From contig JAGVXA010000002.1 in the NCBI GenBank assembly GCA_018304025.1, forward strand, positions 1 to 60,409: DNA of 60,409 nt, given 5' to 3'. The translations under genes and the position numbers were made by a program. The notes under the pieces were generated by a model that saw nothing but the letters and a program-made list of their open reading frames with translations, was not told where the DNA came from and ran no database searches. Within the stretch, counting starts at the first letter, position 1; every line of letters begins with the position of its first letter. Shown piece after piece: positions 57,842 to 60,409 of this stretch. This DNA is from Candidatus Pacearchaeota archaeon (GTDB lineage Archaea; Nanobdellota; Nanobdellia; Pacearchaeales; GW2011-AR1).

Positions 57842-57933
57842 TTCGGCACGCATTTGCTGTTTGACAATTTTGTGCGGCTGTCAAACAGTTATTTATTTAC
57901 AAAATTACTTCGTAATTTTGTTGGCGTGCCGAA
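57842..57933. repeat. REP-like element, empty (insert-free) allele
   Basis: Same as 13513-13676 but with intact caaaattac-ttc-gtaattttg hairpin. Confidence 0.9.
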
Positions 57934-58034
57934 TTAATTTTCTGCGTCGCTGAAAAATAAAAAGAAGAAAGCGAGCCAGCAGACGCTGTTTTAATTATAG
58001 AAAAGGATTTATAGTTTGATTTATTTGAAGAAGA

Positions 58035-58604
58035 ATGGAAAGAAAAATCAGCGATAGGACTATAATAGATAAATTTGCAGAGGACTTTTGCGAGGTTGTA
58101 GAGAAGCATGTCAAATATATTGTAGTCTCGGGTTATGTTGCTATTGCGCATGGAATTGGACGAGGAACAATTGATATTGATATGATTATTGAAAGAATGC
58201 CTGTTGAAAATTTTAGGAAAATGCATGAGGAATTAGTTAGCAACAGGTTCGAGTGCCTGCAATCTTCAAAAGCCGAGGATGTTTACGAGTATTTAGATTC
58301 TGGAGTTAGTGTAAGATATATAAGAATTGGCGAAGATTTGCCTGAAATGGAAATTAAATTTGCTAAAGATGAAATTGATGATATGCAATTATCAACACGA
58401 CAAAAGTTTCCATTTACTGGTTTAGACATCTGGTTTTCTTCGATTGAAATAAATATCGCGTTTAAGGAAGAATTTTTAAAAACACCTAAAGACATGGAGG
58501 ATGCCAGACATTTGAGAATAATTTATAGAGATACAATTAATGAGACTTTTATTAATGATGTTAAGAAAATGATAAGAAAATTGAGGATGAAAAATGAGAG
58601 ATAA
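58035..58604 (+). CDS. Pol-beta-like nucleotidyltransferase (DUF6036/AbiEii-like), putative toxin
   Basis: VVSGYVAIAHG..RGTIDIDMII and PKDMEDARHL. Confidence 0.75.
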   Translation: MERKISDRTIIDKFAEDFCEVVEKHVKYIVVSGYVAIAHGIGRGTIDIDMIIERMPVENFRKMHEELVSNRFECLQSSKAEDVYEYLDSGVSVRYIRIGEDLPEMEIKFAKDEIDDMQLSTRQKFPFTGLDIWFSSIEINIAFKEEFLKTPKDMEDARHLRIIYRDTINETFINDVKKMIRKLRMKNER

Positions 58605-58797
58605 AAGTCATATGGAGCAAGTTGAGAGATGGGCAGAGTATGTAAGAATTGTTCCTCGGGAGGAATGGAAGGCAAAACTGAAAGAGTTTATTGACGCGCA
58701 GATAATTATTGGATTAAGATTTAGGGAACGGCTGTCTGGGACTGAAGAGGGGCGGGAAATTTTGAAGAGATTGAGAGAGGAGAGAATTAAGAGATAG
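58594..58797 (+). CDS. Small helical protein, putative partner/antitoxin
   Basis: 67 aa, overlaps the NTase stop. Confidence 0.65.
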   Translation: MRDKSHMEQVERWAEYVRIVPREEWKAKLKEFIDAQIIIGLRFRERLSGTEEGREILKRLREERIKR

Positions 58798-58824
58798 GTT
58801 GAAGGCGAGTCAGCAGACGCTGTT

Positions 58825-59505
58825 TTAAATTCCTGCCCCCCGTTCATAAGATTCTAATTCTTTTTGCGAGACTTTTCCATGAGTTTGAATTATTTTTTGG
58901 GAGCGCGCGGTTTTTTCTTTTTCGCTTTCTTCTTTTTGTTTTTGTATTTTTTTCTTTAGTTTCATGCCGAGTCGTTCTATAACTAATCCAAGAATAATTG
59001 TAATTACTAATGCAAGCACTGCTATCCATTTATTTTGAAGGACAAAGGAAAGCATGTCTGTTGCTTTTCTAATTAATCCAGAGGTGCCGCAGATAGAAGC
59101 GATTATAAAAGCAACTATTACTGCTAATGGCGTGCTGTTAAAAATTGCTTTTGCTGGATGAATTAGAAATAAGAAGAGAGTGAGCCAAATAGCTAATGCA
59201 AAGAAGAAAGCCCAAGAGATTACGTCAACTCCTAAAATTACTTTGAAAACAGGACTTAGTATGTCGAATATTTTGAAGAAAACTTTTCCGATTGTGTTTT
59301 TTTCGAGGAGCGCGCGCCATTCTTTTTGGAGGTATTCGCTTCGATTTTCATCTGTGAATTGCTGGTATTTTTCCTGCCCTTCGACGATTTCATTAACGAG
59401 CGGGGCTTCGTCCATTCCAGGGACGTCTGAATTTTGCGCTGAGATTATTGCGAGATTTAGAATAGATAGAAACAGCAAGAGGATAATTAATGTCTCTTTT
59501 TTCAT
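58825..59505 (-). CDS. Multi-TM membrane protein
   Basis: Signal plus three TMs and a charged tail; similar layout to 59547-60260. Confidence 0.75.
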   Translation of the reverse strand: MKKETLIILLLFLSILNLAIISAQNSDVPGMDEAPLVNEIVEGQEKYQQFTDENRSEYLQKEWRALLEKNTIGKVFFKIFDILSPVFKVILGVDVISWAFFFALAIWLTLFLFLIHPAKAIFNSTPLAVIVAFIIASICGTSGLIRKATDMLSFVLQNKWIAVLALVITIILGLVIERLGMKLKKKIQKQKEESEKEKTARSQKIIQTHGKVSQKELESYERGAGI

Positions 59506-59546
59506 GGAATATAAAGGATTATCTGTTTTTTAAAATTAGTGTTTAA

Positions 59547-60260
59547 CTATCCATAGCCTTTTTGTAATTCTTCAGACTGCAGCCTGTGTAATAAATTTGC
59601 TTTATCTGCAGTTTTAATTCCTTTTTCTTCTATGTCTTTTAATTTTCCTTTAAACCAAAATCTTCGTATGTCTTTAAGAGTAATTATAATTATAATTCCT
59701 CCGAGAATAGATATTCCGTAAGGTATGTATTCAAACCATTTTGCGGCTGCTGCTTGGAGTGTTCCTATTTTATACGCAAATATTCCAAGGTAATAAAGTA
59801 CATAAAATACCCAAATAAGCCGCGCTATAAGCAAACTGTTAGTTACAGCGATGGAAAAATAAAGAAGAATTATAAATGGAATTGTCACGAGAATCGCTGC
59901 GCCCATCGCGCCATATTGGAGGACAATTGCTTCGACAAATCCTTGCGGGAGAGAAATAAAAGTAAGGATTACTACAATTACTGAAACTGCAAAGGCAAAG
60001 AGAGTTCCTGTTTTTGTTGTGCTCTTAAATAATTGCACGACGATAGAATAAACTATAATCCAGAGAAGGATTCCAAGCAATATAACAGACATATTTGTAG
60101 GATTTAATCTTAGCTGTTCCATAAATGCAGATAAACCACGAGCAGCTTCTCTGCCAAAATCTTCTGCTAGTGTCTGCGCTGAAACCAAATGAACAGAAAA
60201 AAGGAATAGACTAGTTACTAATCCAGCAAAAATAACTGATTGCGCCAACCCTTTTTTCAT
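59547..60260 (-). CDS. Multi-TM membrane protein
   Basis: Signal plus about five TMs; TTTATAAA ~21 nt upstream. Confidence 0.75.
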   Translation of the reverse strand: MKKGLAQSVIFAGLVTSLFLFSVHLVSAQTLAEDFGREAARGLSAFMEQLRLNPTNMSVILLGILLWIIVYSIVVQLFKSTTKTGTLFAFAVSVIVVILTFISLPQGFVEAIVLQYGAMGAAILVTIPFIILLYFSIAVTNSLLIARLIWVFYVLYYLGIFAYKIGTLQAAAAKWFEYIPYGISILGGIIIIITLKDIRRFWFKGKLKDIEEKGIKTADKANLLHRLQSEELQKGYG

Positions 60261-60409
60261 TTTCAATTAAACATAAAACAGTTTATAAATATTTCTATGA
60301 ATTGGCTCTATTGTCTTATCCAGAAATAATGTCCTCTCGGTAAATAAGATAAGACCTGCTGTAAAGCAGGTTCTTATGAAAAAACTAAACACCAAGAAAA
60401 TAAAATGGA

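Larger units (their letters stand above)
57971..58828. mobile_element. Candidate cassette bounded by 24-bp direct repeats
   Basis: gcgag(c/t)cagcagacgctgttttaa at 57971-57994 and 58805-58828 flank two genes. Confidence 0.55.

Noticed and set aside
60267-60409. Partial gene at the right edge
   Set aside because: Both a minus-strand open frame and a plus-strand ATG at 60376 next to a small hairpin are possible; too little sequence to call

Overview
60.4 kb of an AT-rich archaeal chromosome, most consistent with a DPANN lineage such as Pacearchaeota. This is inferred from the archaeal information genes (rpl15e, TFS, CDC48, FEN-1, type II MetAP, intron-containing tRNA, BRE/TATA promoters about 22-30 nt before ATG), the lack of biosynthetic pathway genes and the many large Cys-rich surface proteins. 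Housekeeping genes are uppP, metG, rpl15e, topA, signal peptidase I, tfs, cdc48 with a 495-aa LAGLIDADG intein, map, a NOP2/Sun methyltransferase, a PhoU regulator, polB and fen; there are three tRNAs (Ile-GAT with intron, Gly-CCC, Lys-CTT). Five things stand out. (1) A family of short non-coding elements (terminal stem plus two hairpins) is conserved in fold but variable in sequence. All copies share one orientation, they insert into each other's hairpin loops (empty and filled alleles are both present), and they sit at a fixed distance from a TATAAA box. (2) Two different tRNA genes are each flanked by a duplicated 5' end plus a homologous fold-back insert, and by a duplicated 3' end split at the same position by a 51-nt two-hairpin insert. 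(3) A four-gene surface cluster resembles WxL/csc fibre clusters. Its 2613-aa LamG adhesin ends in tandem HTH domains and is preceded by a structured leader. (4) Two secreted glycosidase-like proteins share a C-terminal CxIxKAYWR tag. (5) A nucleotidyltransferase plus small-gene cassette lies between 24-bp direct repeats. No transposase, integrase, reverse transcriptase or cas gene is visible. All calls come from reading the sequence by eye; no database searches were run.
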